Shown here in pieces: positions 34,314 to 43,973 of a DNA stretch of 51,152 nt. Under the pieces are notes generated by a model. It saw nothing but the letters and a program-made list of their open reading frames with translations. It was not told the DNA's origin and did no database searches. The DNA lies in the IMG/VR virus record IMGVR_UViG_3300021373_000228, positions 1 through 51,152 of that record; one strand, given 5' to 3'. How positions within the stretch are numbered: position 1 is the stretch's first letter; every line of letters starts with the position of its first letter. Source of the stretch: a virus. Lineage: Duplodnaviria > Caudoviricetes. The position numbers and the translations under genes are program-made.

Positions 34314-37300
34314 ATGTCTTATACATACTACACAGAAGAGAGTATGAAGGATAAGAAGCTGTCAGATTTAGAGAACAACAAAGAGTTCCTTACTGATGCT
34401 ATTACCTTCCTTCGTAGTACTCGTAAAGGGTACACGGACGATGACATTCGTGCTGCAGGTAAAGAGCAAATCGTTTACGATATCCTAGAACATTTCCGCG
34501 TACAGAGTACAAATGAAATGACTATGGCTAAAGATTACTACTATCTTGAATCGCCAGAAACATCAGATAAAGATAAGCAAGCTTTTGGGCGCTTGATGTA
34601 TGCATTTGATCGCGCCAAGGGAGAGGGTATGCTTGATGGTGGGGGCGCTAAGATACGTGACTATGCAGAGGGTATTATTACAGCCCCTACAACGTATCTT
34701 ACAGCGCTGTCTGTTCCTTTCACTGGGGGTGCGGGTGCTGCTGCTGCACAGGGTACTAGAGCAGCCTCTTTGATGGCTTTACGTGGATTGGCTAAAAAGC
34801 AACTAGGTAAAGCTGCAGTAGTTGGTGCTATTGATGGCGCTGTTGCTGGTGGAACAGCTTATGGTATTGAGAAACTAAAAGAGGAAGCTGGTAAAGAGAT
34901 TGGCGAAGATTATGATGTTAATCTAGTCAATGTTGGTGCTTCTGCTGTATTAGGTGGCACAGTTTCTAGTGGTGCTTATTTAATAGGCAATCAGTTCCAG
35001 AATAGAGCAGCCAAGAGATTAGCAAGTACTATCGCTACGGGTAGGGAAACTAGAGCAGCAGAGATTGCTGCAGCCCAAGAAATGGCTAACAATACACTGC
35101 TACAAGCATCAACTAAAGACAGCGAACTTCTAAGCTATACAACAAGTAAGATACTACGCTCTATTGATCCTAAGCTTGTACGTGAGGGTGTAGATGTTAA
35201 AGAAACTATACTTAGTGAAAATCTACCAGATGGTTTAATTGGTGGTTTTGACAGAGGCACAATCAAGCGTCTAAGCGCTGCATCATTTGAGCTAGCTAAA
35301 GAGCTAGGTGTTAAGCCTGAGAAAGGCCAACGCATCACAGAGTTTCTAGCCCAGCGCATGGAAGCGGGTGATGGCGTAGCTATGTTTGATGAAATAGCTA
35401 AGAAGTATGGCCTATCCAAGCGGCAGCTAAGCGCAGCATATGCAGCAGAAGTATCAGAGGCTGCTCGTACTCTTGCCGCACAGCGTAACCTTGTAAGCCG
35501 TGGCGGTGTTAAGGTTAAGCCTATTGATGTTAAAGAGTTCAGACGTAAGCTAGACATGCTGTATGATGAAGGTATGTCATCTATCTCAGGGCGTGAGGCT
35601 ACAGAGCTAACACAAGCACAGCTAGACGCTATGACAGGTGTATCAGGTAAAATCTGGCGTGGTTTTAAAGAGGTTGAAAACCTTCGTCGTGCGTTTATGA
35701 CATCACAGCCTGCAACCACAATGCGTAACAATATCTTTGGTGTAGCCATGACAGGTATTGATATGGTTGACAACATCTATGCTGCTGCTATTCGTGGTGT
35801 GAGGGGTGAACGTGCTGCTGCAGCTTCTACGTTTAGAAATAGTGCAAACACATTAACATACCTTACGTATGACAACTACGTGTCTGAAGCATTAACAACA
35901 ATGCTTGCACAGGAAGCACCAGAAAAGATGGCGCGTGTATTCCTTGATGCAGCACAAGCAGAGTCAAACGTTGTTAAGAATACAGGTTTATCTAAGGTAG
36001 GTAACGCAGTTAATGTGCTGAACACAATGTCTGACCACGTGTTTAAACGTGCTGTTATTACAGCTTCTATTGATCGCCAGTTAGGGCAGCTAGGCAATAA
36101 GAAGATTGGCACATCTGTAATGGAGATGCTAGAGAAAGGTACACTATCTCTGCTCCCAGAGGATGTACTAGACAAGGCTATGAACGAAAGCTTTGCGTTC
36201 ACCTTTCAACGCCGCTTTGGTGGTAAGGGTGCCAGTGAGACTAATAAGTTTGTAGGTAAGACAGTTAAGTTTATCCATGATTCAGGATTGACTGTGGCTA
36301 TCCCATTCCCTCGTTATATTGCATCACAGGCTAAGTTCATCAGTGACTACACTGGTTTAACCATTGCACGGCGTGGTTTTAAGAATGCCATGACAGAGGA
36401 CTACGCCCGTTTCATGACAGGCGCTACAATGTTTGCTGGTGCGTATAGCATTCAGAAAGATAACATTGAACAGGGCCGTGAATGGTTTGAGGCTGAAGGT
36501 AGAGATGGGCAAATCTACAATGCACAAGCTGCGCTGGGTCCAGCAGCCGCAACGCATTGGACAGCTAACATGGTAGCTCGTGTTATGAACGGCGAAGAGA
36601 TCAAAGACCCGTCAATGCTGCTACGTGAGTTTGTTAAGATCGCAGGTGGTACAGAGTTTAGACCTAATGCAGGTATAGCTGATAAGATGTTCCAAGCTGT
36701 AGAAGCAGGAGATATTACCCCAGCGCTTGATACTTTCTTTGACTACTTTGCTTCATACACATACCCTGCAGCAGTTGTGAAAGATTTTTATGGTCAGTTT
36801 GATCCACGTTCATCTTATCTACCAGAGACACGTGATCCTACAGCAACATCATACTACGTAGAGATTCCTATCTTTGAGAAAGGTTTCAACCTACGCATGG
36901 CTAGCTTCCAGCGTATGTTTAGACAGCTACCTGATTTTAACTTTGGTGATATGGATTTGCCAGAGGGGATCACTGAAGAGCAAGCCCGTTCTATGTTTAA
37001 GTATGCAGGACTAGGCGCTCGTACACAATATCAGACTATGATTGATCCTACTAAGGGTGACACAGGTTACGACATGATTAGGTTTGACATCTTTAGTGAT
37101 GGGCCTATTCGTGTGCAGAACCCTCTGGTCAAGCAGGTCACTGGTTTTGTGGGTACACAGCCTAAGAATGAACTACAGCGTGAAATGTCACGGCTACAGA
37201 TTGATCCATTTAAACTGTATAACCCATACAGAGAGAAGAACCCAGCGCTTGAAGTTCTAGTACAATCATCATTACAAGGTGCGTTGGCTGCAGAGATTAA

Positions 37301-37700
37301 TACTCAACTTCTAAACACAAATGAATACAAAGCAGCAGACAGCAAGACGCAAAAGATCGCGGTTCAGAACTTTGTTAAAAATAAGATTAGCGATATGCGT
37401 ACTGCAGCTAAAGAGCATCTAGTCTCTATGGCTGGTAAGAGTCCTGATTTTGATGCCTATGTTCGTGGTGAAGTACAGGCACAATCTCGTCAAGAGCGTA
37501 GCATGGCTAACCTTTACTGGGAGTCTGTCAGGGGTGAGTTTGGTTATGACGATATGAGTTATAACAAAGCTGTGGGTAGTATCTATGATGATCCAGAGCT
37601 TGATGATTTAGAGAAACAGGCTCGACATACTACAATGGCCCTCATATATCTTAATGGGGGAAAGCAAACAAATAAACTCTTTAAGGGTATAGGTAAATAA
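34314..37700 (+). CDS. Large internal virion protein
   Basis: 1128 aa, last gene of the + arm; Gly/Ala hydrophobic segments. Confidence 0.7.
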   Translation: MSYTYYTEESMKDKKLSDLENNKEFLTDAITFLRSTRKGYTDDDIRAAGKEQIVYDILEHFRVQSTNEMTMAKDYYYLESPETSDKDKQAFGRLMYAFDRAKGEGMLDGGGAKIRDYAEGIITAPTTYLTALSVPFTGGAGAAAAQGTRAASLMALRGLAKKQLGKAAVVGAIDGAVAGGTAYGIEKLKEEAGKEIGEDYDVNLVNVGASAVLGGTVSSGAYLIGNQFQNRAAKRLASTIATGRETRAAEIAAAQEMANNTLLQASTKDSELLSYTTSKILRSIDPKLVREGVDVKETILSENLPDGLIGGFDRGTIKRLSAASFELAKELGVKPEKGQRITEFLAQRMEAGDGVAMFDEIAKKYGLSKRQLSAAYAAEVSEAARTLAAQRNLVSRGGVKVKPIDVKEFRRKLDMLYDEGMSSISGREATELTQAQLDAMTGVSGKIWRGFKEVENLRRAFMTSQPATTMRNNIFGVAMTGIDMVDNIYAAAIRGVRGERAAAASTFRNSANTLTYLTYDNYVSEALTTMLAQEAPEKMARVFLDAAQAESNVVKNTGLSKVGNAVNVLNTMSDHVFKRAVITASIDRQLGQLGNKKIGTSVMEMLEKGTLSLLPEDVLDKAMNESFAFTFQRRFGGKGASETNKFVGKTVKFIHDSGLTVAIPFPRYIASQAKFISDYTGLTIARRGFKNAMTEDYARFMTGATMFAGAYSIQKDNIEQGREWFEAEGRDGQIYNAQAALGPAAATHWTANMVARVMNGEEIKDPSMLLREFVKIAGGTEFRPNAGIADKMFQAVEAGDITPALDTFFDYFASYTYPAAVVKDFYGQFDPRSSYLPETRDPTATSYYVEIPIFEKGFNLRMASFQRMFRQLPDFNFGDMDLPEGITEEQARSMFKYAGLGARTQYQTMIDPTKGDTGYDMIRFDIFSDGPIRVQNPLVKQVTGFVGTQPKNELQREMSRLQIDPFKLYNPYREKNPALEVLVQSSLQGALAAEINTQLLNTNEYKAADSKTQKIAVQNFVKNKISDMRTAAKEHLVSMAGKSPDFDAYVRGEVQAQSRQERSMANLYWESVRGEFGYDDMSYNKAVGSIYDDPELDDLEKQARHTTMALIYLNGGKQTNKLFKGIGK

Positions 37701-37731
37701 AAGAGGGGCCAAACGGCCCCTTTATTTTATT
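37696..37731. terminator. Bidirectional rho-independent terminator between the arms
   Basis: AATAAAAG-AGGGGCC-aaac-GGCCCCT-TTATTTTATT between convergent stop codons. Confidence 0.9.
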
Positions 37732-37925
37732 CCATGCATGTCTGCTGTATGTTTTGTCCATAGTACTGCTTCTGTGAACTTAAGCAGGGCTTCCTCTTTC
37801 TCTTGACTCTCCCAAAGATTATCACTGATAAGCTGTTTAATTTCTTTAATCTGATTTTCTAGTGTGTTAATAAAGATTTTCTTTTTAGCATCAGTGAAGG
37901 CTTTAGCTTCGTCTTCTATTTTCAT
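37722..37925 (-). CDS. Hypothetical protein
   Basis: ATGA-coupled to phoH. Confidence 0.7.
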   Translation of the reverse strand: MKIEDEAKAFTDAKKKIFINTLENQIKEIKQLISDNLWESQEKEEALLKFTEAVLWTKHTADMHGIK

Positions 37926-38638
37926 AAACCTTCTTTCATAAATACCTTAACCCATTCAGCACAGATATCACTGCGTACAATGTCATCCACACCAAACTCA
38001 ATAATAGGGATAGGCAACATGTGCTTCTTTGCTAGATGAATGATCTTTGATAGACCATCTGCTTCTTTCAAATCTGACTGTTGAATATCACCATTGAGTA
38101 CAATTGTACTACCTTCACCTACACGGGTCAACAACATCTTAAGCTCATGTGTCGTGATGTTCTGTGTTTCGTCTACAATTATAAAGGCATTATCAAAGCT
38201 GCGCCCACGCATAAGAGCAATAGGTGCCATTTCAATGTTACCATTCTTTATTCCTGTATCTACGGTACCTTTACCTAAGTGTTTCTGCAGTACATCAAGT
38301 ACTGGTAATGCCCAAGGGTATGTCTTTTCTTCAAGGCTACCAGGTAGGAATCCTAGGTCTTTACCAACAGCCACATGAGGGCGTGTTATAATGATCCTAT
38401 CTATTTCCTTTAGCGTGTATAGGTCTGCTGCATAGGTAGCGGTAACATATGTTTTACCTGTGCCAGCACACCCAAGTACGATGACCTGAGTGTTCTCGCG
38501 CATTGCATCCCATAAAGCCTTTTGATTATCAGTACGAGCAACAAAACCTGATGTCTGCTTATTAGCAGCACCTTTGTAGTTTGTTTTGCGTCTACTCCTC
38601 ACGGGCTTCTTTGGGAAATCTGTAATGTTATCATCCAT
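37922..38638 (-). CDS. phoH: PhoH-family ATPase
   Basis: GCAGTGKT, LGFLPG, MRGRSF, DETQN, LTRVGE, GDIQQSD. Confidence 0.95.
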   Translation of the reverse strand: MDDNITDFPKKPVRSRRKTNYKGAANKQTSGFVARTDNQKALWDAMRENTQVIVLGCAGTGKTYVTATYAADLYTLKEIDRIIITRPHVAVGKDLGFLPGSLEEKTYPWALPVLDVLQKHLGKGTVDTGIKNGNIEMAPIALMRGRSFDNAFIIVDETQNITTHELKMLLTRVGEGSTIVLNGDIQQSDLKEADGLSKIIHLAKKHMLPIPIIEFGVDDIVRSDICAEWVKVFMKEGL

Positions 38639-39143
38639 TGATTGCTTCTTTGGCTAGGTCTACTGACATTTTAAACCATTCACCACCACTATGTTGCTCA
38701 CAAAGTTTCTTTGCTAGTTTATGTGCAGCCTTTTCAGCTTTACGCCTGTTACTTACAGGTAAGGTATAGACCATTTCATAGTCAGCAAAAGGTGAGCCAG
38801 TTTGAAAGCTACCTAAACGTTTGTTTGGCTGTACTGTCATACCAATTTTTACCCAACCTGGATATGCATTTTCATTGACAACTATGTAGATGTAACCTTC
38901 TTCCTGCTGTTCTAATTTAGTTTCAGCTAATAGTAGGTCTTTTGTTTTAAACCGTCCCGGCCCTAACAACTCATAGATGTAGCTGTATTTAGGAATGTAA
39001 TTACCATCTAGATATAAGCGTGTTTTATTAGTTTTTTCATCACTTTTTTGACCACAGGATTTACATTTAAATGTTTTATTTTTCCAGCTTTTATGCCAGT
39101 TGTTATCGTTTAGTTCTACGCTACATTTCTTACATGTATGCAT
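38631..39143 (-). CDS. T5orf172/GIY-YIG-like endonuclease with N-terminal Zn ribbon
   Basis: CKKC..CKSC; GYIYIV..WVKIGMT..RL..FQTGSP..AEK..H..EWF; ATG at 39143 with SD AAGGAG. Confidence 0.8.
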   Translation of the reverse strand: MHTCKKCSVELNDNNWHKSWKNKTFKCKSCGQKSDEKTNKTRLYLDGNYIPKYSYIYELLGPGRFKTKDLLLAETKLEQQEEGYIYIVVNENAYPGWVKIGMTVQPNKRLGSFQTGSPFADYEMVYTLPVSNRRKAEKAAHKLAKKLCEQHSGGEWFKMSVDLAKEAING

Positions 39144-39144
39144 A

Positions 39145-39336
39145 TTAAACTCCTTTCGGCACCTCACTGCAGTAAGTGATTGCCCATGCATCTTCAGTTG
39201 GGGCGGTAGCCATAAGGTTTTCGTCCAACAATTCTTTAGCCATCATGCATATTTCATAATCTGGAAATAGCATAGGGGCAGGATCAATTTTATAGAACTG
39301 TTGTCCCATAAACAATATGGCTACCAAAACATACAT
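39145..39336 (-). CDS. Hypothetical protein
   Basis: Coupled ORF with hydrophobic N-terminus. Confidence 0.65.
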   Translation of the reverse strand: MYVLVAILFMGQQFYKIDPAPMLFPDYEICMMAKELLDENLMATAPTEDAWAITYCSEVPKGV

Positions 39337-39476
39337 TAGTTAGTGCCAACGATATGTTCTTGATACAATTCTGTACCTGTTTCATAAGCGTATGTACCTG
39401 CTGGTACTGCTACTTCTTTAATAACACCAACAGCAATAAATGCTGTTACAATTGATGCGAATGCTGTTGCGAACAT
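39336..39476 (-). CDS. Small membrane protein, 46 aa; absent from the ORF track
   Basis: MFATAFASIVTAFIAVGVIKEVAVPAGTYAYETGTELYQEHIVGTN; SD AAGGAG; TAATG coupling. Confidence 0.7.
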   Translation of the reverse strand: MFATAFASIVTAFIAVGVIKEVAVPAGTYAYETGTELYQEHIVGTN

Positions 39477-39477
39477 A

Positions 39478-39705
39478 TTAATCTCCTTCTAGGTATTTCT
39501 GCAACTCTGTATAACCACCTATGTGATTACCCTTTGAATCCCATACTTGGGGTACCGTCTTTATATCAGCCTTTTTGAAAAGGTCAAGTACCCATCGGGA
39601 CGACTCTAATGAGTAACAAGTATATGCTACCCCATTCTTTTTGAGTAACTCTGTCGCCAATGTACAGTAGCTACAATCATTTCGTGATACGACTACGTAG
39701 GTCAT
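39478..39705 (-). CDS. grx: Glutaredoxin
   Basis: CSYC, KTVPQV, HIGGYTEL. Confidence 0.9.
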   Translation of the reverse strand: MTYVVVSRNDCSYCTLATELLKKNGVAYTCYSLESSRWVLDLFKKADIKTVPQVWDSKGNHIGGYTELQKYLEGD

Positions 39706-39886
39706 CTTTTCTCCACATTAGTTCATATAGTAGTTTCTTTTGTTCATACTCAGACATGATCATCCAATCGCGTATCTCGTCTGTAGTGCGTAGGCACCCC
39801 ACGCAGTATTCACCTTCTATTCGGCAAACCTTTACGCAGGGTGACGGTACCTTACCTAGGCTGCGGTTAGGTCTACGATTTCGCAT
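39677..39886 (-). CDS. DUF1289 family protein
   Basis: SPCVKVC..CVGCLRTTDEIRDW. Confidence 0.85.
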   Translation of the reverse strand: MRNRRPNRSLGKVPSPCVKVCRIEGEYCVGCLRTTDEIRDWMIMSEYEQKKLLYELMWRKDDLRSRITK

Positions 39887-41763
39887 GAGTCACCTGAACA
39901 AGCTAGAGTCTGCATAGCTGCAGTGTTATCTTCTTGCTCATACTCTGATAGCTTAGTCCAATCAATACGCTCTGGCATCTGTGCTAGTAGCTCTTCATAC
40001 TGTTCCTTTGTGCAATCCTGATAAGGCGCTTGCTGATAAGTATGATCAGAGTGTGGTAGGAATGATACGCCTGACATCTCATCAAAGTGTTCGTATACAA
40101 ACGCACCTACAGCTAGCCATTCAGAATCCCGTACTGAGATAGTCACCGATGGTTTATGCTCACACCAGTGTCGTTGATACGTAAGCCATGTTTCTAGCTG
40201 TTCAATAGCTGTCATATCATTACGTGTAACTGCACCTGCAGGGGCTTTCTGTGGGAAGCTAAACACTGTAGTACTATCAGGCTTAAACACACAAGGTTCA
40301 TTAGGGATACCATTATCAATCATGAACTGTGTTAGTGGGTCTTTGTTATCGCCACGTACAGTACGTATGTAATAGGGGCTATGGCGAGAGTGTATACCAC
40401 TGGCGCTATCCACCAACTGCGAGACAGTGCCTGATGGCTTGACGCAGGTAATAGCAGCGCTATGAGGGATACCAAGACGATCAGCCCACTCAGCGTTAGT
40501 GGCGACAGCAATATTTCGTAAATGCTCAAGAGTCTTCTCCAATCCTTTGTTCGCAGATGTCATAAGAGGGTTGTCCATGATACCTGTTAGGCTCACACCT
40601 AGTAGGCGCTCCTCTTCTGTGTTACGCTGCCAATCCTTAGATAGGTATGGAAACTTAGTGTAGCTAGATTGAATTGTACCCAAGATCGTAGCAAACTTTA
40701 CTTTACGTTCAATATCATCAATATTGTCTGTGGCGCGGATAACGCACTCAGTAAGGTTGCAAAACTGCGCTGATCTGAGGATGATCTCACTGCATGGATT
40801 AGTACCAAATTCCCAATTACTATCCCTTCGGTTATATTTAGCAGCCTGTTTCTGTGATGCTTCACGGTTGAACACACCACGCTCACCTGATTTAGACTCC
40901 ACAAGGGCTGTCCATTCACGCATAAACGTTTCAATATCTGGTTTCTCTGAGTAGGCTACAGAGTTATTAGCTAGCGCACGGTGCGCTGCTGTCTCCCACC
41001 ATTGCCCTGATTTAGCATGGCGCATACGATCATCACTTAGGTTAGACAAAGAGATCATAGCAGAACGGCGTACCCCACCGACTACCACGATTTGTCCTAT
41101 AAAACACATTAGATCGTGACATTCCATGCTAGTAAGCTTACGGCCTTGTGCGCCTTTGAATGTAGTGACAGCAAAGTTAAACAGTTCAACTAGAGGCGCT
41201 GGGCCTGAAGCGCGTCCACCAAATGTTTTTAGTCGCGCACCTGCAGGGCGTACCTTTGATACATCCCACTTGGGAATCTCACCTGTCCATAGTAGTGCCA
41301 ATAGTTGACGGAACGCTTTCGCCCAACCTTCTTTGCTGTCTTTGACTACAATAGTTGTTTCACTGTCAAATAACTTCTCTGGTACCTCTGGTAGCTTACT
41401 GATGTACTGGCGCTCTACAGAGAACCCTACACCTGTACCACACAATAGGATAAACATAGCTTCGTCAAAACGTGTAGGCTTGTCTACAGCTACATAAGAA
41501 CAGTTATACATACATGTGTTATCACGTGCTGCTGCTGCCCCTGCTGTCATCATAGAGCGCATAGAGGGCATAATCTCTAGATTAAGGATAGCCTCTTCAA
41601 TCTGAGTGATATAGCTGTCATCACCTGCAATAGGACGCACAATGTTTTCCATATAGCGTGATACTGTTTCATCCCAATTCTCACGGCCTTTACCATCAAA
41701 GTATTTAGCATAACGTGATTTGTGGATGAATGATTGATAGTCGGTTGGTAAGTAATTATTCAT
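39856..41763 (-). CDS. nrdJ: Class II (adenosylcobalamin-dependent) ribonucleotide reductase
   Basis: YNCSY, GTGVGFS, VVGGVRRSA, TNPCSEI, TCVKPSGTVSQL, C-terminal CSGDSC; no small subunit in window; ATG at 41763 with SD GAGGAG. Confidence 0.92.
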   Translation of the reverse strand: MNNYLPTDYQSFIHKSRYAKYFDGKGRENWDETVSRYMENIVRPIAGDDSYITQIEEAILNLEIMPSMRSMMTAGAAAARDNTCMYNCSYVAVDKPTRFDEAMFILLCGTGVGFSVERQYISKLPEVPEKLFDSETTIVVKDSKEGWAKAFRQLLALLWTGEIPKWDVSKVRPAGARLKTFGGRASGPAPLVELFNFAVTTFKGAQGRKLTSMECHDLMCFIGQIVVVGGVRRSAMISLSNLSDDRMRHAKSGQWWETAAHRALANNSVAYSEKPDIETFMREWTALVESKSGERGVFNREASQKQAAKYNRRDSNWEFGTNPCSEIILRSAQFCNLTECVIRATDNIDDIERKVKFATILGTIQSSYTKFPYLSKDWQRNTEEERLLGVSLTGIMDNPLMTSANKGLEKTLEHLRNIAVATNAEWADRLGIPHSAAITCVKPSGTVSQLVDSASGIHSRHSPYYIRTVRGDNKDPLTQFMIDNGIPNEPCVFKPDSTTVFSFPQKAPAGAVTRNDMTAIEQLETWLTYQRHWCEHKPSVTISVRDSEWLAVGAFVYEHFDEMSGVSFLPHSDHTYQQAPYQDCTKEQYEELLAQMPERIDWTKLSEYEQEDNTAAMQTLACSGDSCEIVDLTAA

Positions 41764-41773
41764 GTCTATCTCC

Positions 41774-42376
41774 TCATTGATAGTTTGGAAAATTATAAAA
41801 GTTTGATATGCAGTAACGTCCTCTATTAGGTACATCTGCTGTATATTTTACAGGTGTTACTTCATGAGCTAGCTTCATAGACATAGCTAATGCTCTATTA
41901 TGCTTGCACTCAATCGTTACATCATTATCAAGTATAATATCCCCACCTTCAAAACCTTTAGGTTGCTTGAAAGCCCAAAATAACATAGTCATAATGCTAA
42001 CGTCTGTATGCTGTCCGTAGTTATCTTTGTCTTCATAATATAGTATCTGAATAGACTCTGTAAGTTCTCCACCGTTTAAAGCATCAAAAGCCCAGTGTTG
42101 CGCAGAAAGTGGACCCATCATTTCAGGGGTCATATACTTTCTAGTATTCTTATATATGTTAGAAGCCTGAGAGTCTTTGAACACTTCATTTAAGAATATT
42201 GCATTAGTATGTTTCTTTTCTGTACCACCTGTATTTTCTCTACGCATCAGAGGTTTAATGTTAAGATCAATTTCTAACATCATGCGAGACAATGCATCAT
42301 CCGTAAATACATTATCGAATACCATGTAGGGTCTACCTGATTTGGTAAAACCAGGTGTCATAATCATATCACTCAA
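41774..42376 (-). CDS. 2OG-Fe(II) oxygenase (prolyl-hydroxylase-like)
   Basis: HTD...FEGGD...HEVTPV...RY metal triad and Arg. Confidence 0.85.
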   Translation of the reverse strand: MSDMIMTPGFTKSGRPYMVFDNVFTDDALSRMMLEIDLNIKPLMRRENTGGTEKKHTNAIFLNEVFKDSQASNIYKNTRKYMTPEMMGPLSAQHWAFDALNGGELTESIQILYYEDKDNYGQHTDVSIMTMLFWAFKQPKGFEGGDIILDNDVTIECKHNRALAMSMKLAHEVTPVKYTADVPNRGRYCISNFYNFPNYQ

Positions 42377-42720
42377 CGCTTATCTCCTGATCCTGCAATT
42401 TTACCACGGCGTTTACGGTCATCTAGCTTTTGAAGGTTATTATTTGCTAGGTCTGCCATGTTTACGTTTAGGTCACGACATAGGGCAGCAATGTACCATA
42501 AGCAATCACCTACCTCATCTGCAATAGCCTCACGGTTAAACGTTCCATCACGTAAGATTTTCTTTACCTTGTTAGCTACCTCACCTGCTTCTGCAGCTAA
42601 GCCCAGCGCTGGGTAGATTACTGCATGTTCTGCTTTATAGATAGCAGTATTTGCAGCCTTATTTTGATATTCATTCATTTCCATATTAATATAATCTTCT
42701 TGGTAGTGCAGTATATCCAT
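42373..42720 (-). CDS. mazG: MazG-like NTP pyrophosphohydrolase
   Basis: LGLAAEAGEVANKVKK..DEVGDCLWY. Confidence 0.9.
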   Translation of the reverse strand: MDILHYQEDYINMEMNEYQNKAANTAIYKAEHAVIYPALGLAAEAGEVANKVKKILRDGTFNREAIADEVGDCLWYIAALCRDLNVNMADLANNNLQKLDDRKRRGKIAGSGDKR

Positions 42721-42722
42721 AC

Positions 42723-42890
42723 CTATGCCCTCTCTTTCACAGTTAGGTTGTCTATCTTTACATCATCAACATCATACATCACATTAGTGATTAGATCATG
42801 TACATCTTCTTCATGATTATCGTCAAACGAAGACAGTATATTATTATCCTCGTCCATCTCTACAACAAACGTGACGCTGAACTTTTTCAT
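42723..42890 (-). CDS. Small acidic protein, 55 aa; absent from the ORF track
   Basis: MKKFSVTFVVEMDEDNNILSSFDDNHEEDVHDLITNVMYDVDDVKIDNLTVKERA; ATGA-coupled. Confidence 0.75.
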   Translation of the reverse strand: MKKFSVTFVVEMDEDNNILSSFDDNHEEDVHDLITNVMYDVDDVKIDNLTVKERA

Positions 42891-43171
42891 TTATGGTTCT
42901 CCACGTATCGCTTACGCAAACGGTTAAGATACCAGATAGCCTTATCAATATCTTCAAGACCATTCTTATATTCATGCCGCCACAAATACTTTAGTACGTT
43001 TGCTGCATGTGGTGCTGTTGTACCTGACATATTTTCTGTCATTGCCTCAATAGCATCAATACACTCTATCCCTGCCTGATTGTAGTGAACAGGTTTATTT
43101 ACTGGGTCTACTTCCATTTCATGTGACGTAGATGATGCAGTAATTGTAGTTAATGTAGGTTCGATTCTCAT
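42887..43171 (-). CDS. DUF3310 family protein
   Basis: VNKPVHYNQAGIECIDAI..NVLKYLWR..KNGLEDIDKAIWYL. Confidence 0.9.
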   Translation of the reverse strand: MRIEPTLTTITASSTSHEMEVDPVNKPVHYNQAGIECIDAIEAMTENMSGTTAPHAANVLKYLWRHEYKNGLEDIDKAIWYLNRLRKRYVENHK

Positions 43172-43548
43172 GCGCTTCCCTTTGTCTCTGTCCATCTATT
43201 GAGGCGAATTACGTTATCTTCACGTTCATACTTAACACCACCATCAGCCTCTACTTCTTCAGCTTCTACCTGTGCTAGTGCTTCAGCATGAGCCTCAGGA
43301 AATACCTCTTGAAGGATTAAGTTTTTGTAGTAGTCATAGTCTTCCATAAATTCAGGATAGTCTTCTAAGAAACGCTCTGTTGCCGCCATAGTGATAGCAA
43401 TGTCTAAACCTACCTTCATAGCTTCAGCATGTTTCTCAGGACCGAAGATAAGCCCTGTGTTTAACCGTCCGTTCCAGTAACCTTCTTCGTCTTCTAGTGG
43501 ACGCAAGACTATAGCTATCTCACCTGGTTGTACTTTGTAGCTCATCAT
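43168..43548 (-). CDS. Hypothetical protein
   Basis: Coupled ORF ending NVIRL..TKGSA. Confidence 0.75.
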   Translation of the reverse strand: MMSYKVQPGEIAIVLRPLEDEEGYWNGRLNTGLIFGPEKHAEAMKVGLDIAITMAATERFLEDYPEFMEDYDYYKNLILQEVFPEAHAEALAQVEAEEVEADGGVKYEREDNVIRLNRWTETKGSA

Positions 43549-43973
43549 GTTCTCCGTTTCACTTTTAATCGTTGTTCTTTCATGCGACTACCTTTCTCAA
43601 GTAACCAACCTTCTGGTATCACACGGTGCGCCCACTTGAAACCTTTTTGTTCACACCAATCGCAATACCTAGATTTAGCACCTTTGTAAAGCTTTGCATT
43701 AGCATTGCTGAACACGAAGCGAATATCTAAATTAGGATGTTGCCTTTGTATTTCAAGATGTTTGCGTCTATCTGCAGCACTGAAGATTCCCTTAGTTTCT
43801 ATTATGATACCGTTGTCCAATTCAAAATCTGGCGTGTATGTACGATACTTAAGGTCTTCCCACTCAATCTTAAGCTTTTCATATTCTACCTTCTTTTGCC
43901 TAGTTTTTAGAAACGCAGCGGCTTCTTCTTCTAAGCCACTACGATATGTTTTACTAAGATGTCTGCGCTTCAT
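43545..43973 (-). CDS. T7 endonuclease I-like Holliday junction resolvase
   Basis: YRSGLE, YTPDF, IIETKG, DIRFVF. Confidence 0.92.
   Translation of the reverse strand: MKRRHLSKTYRSGLEEEAAAFLKTRQKKVEYEKLKIEWEDLKYRTYTPDFELDNGIIIETKGIFSAADRRKHLEIQRQHPNLDIRFVFSNANAKLYKGAKSRYCDWCEQKGFKWAHRVIPEGWLLEKGSRMKEQRLKVKRRT

Noticed and set aside
21163-36557. Long antisense ORFs (e.g. 22213-22827, 25893-26444, 35135-35776)
   Set aside because: Shadows of codon bias in Ala/Thr/Val-rich sense genes; no independent signals
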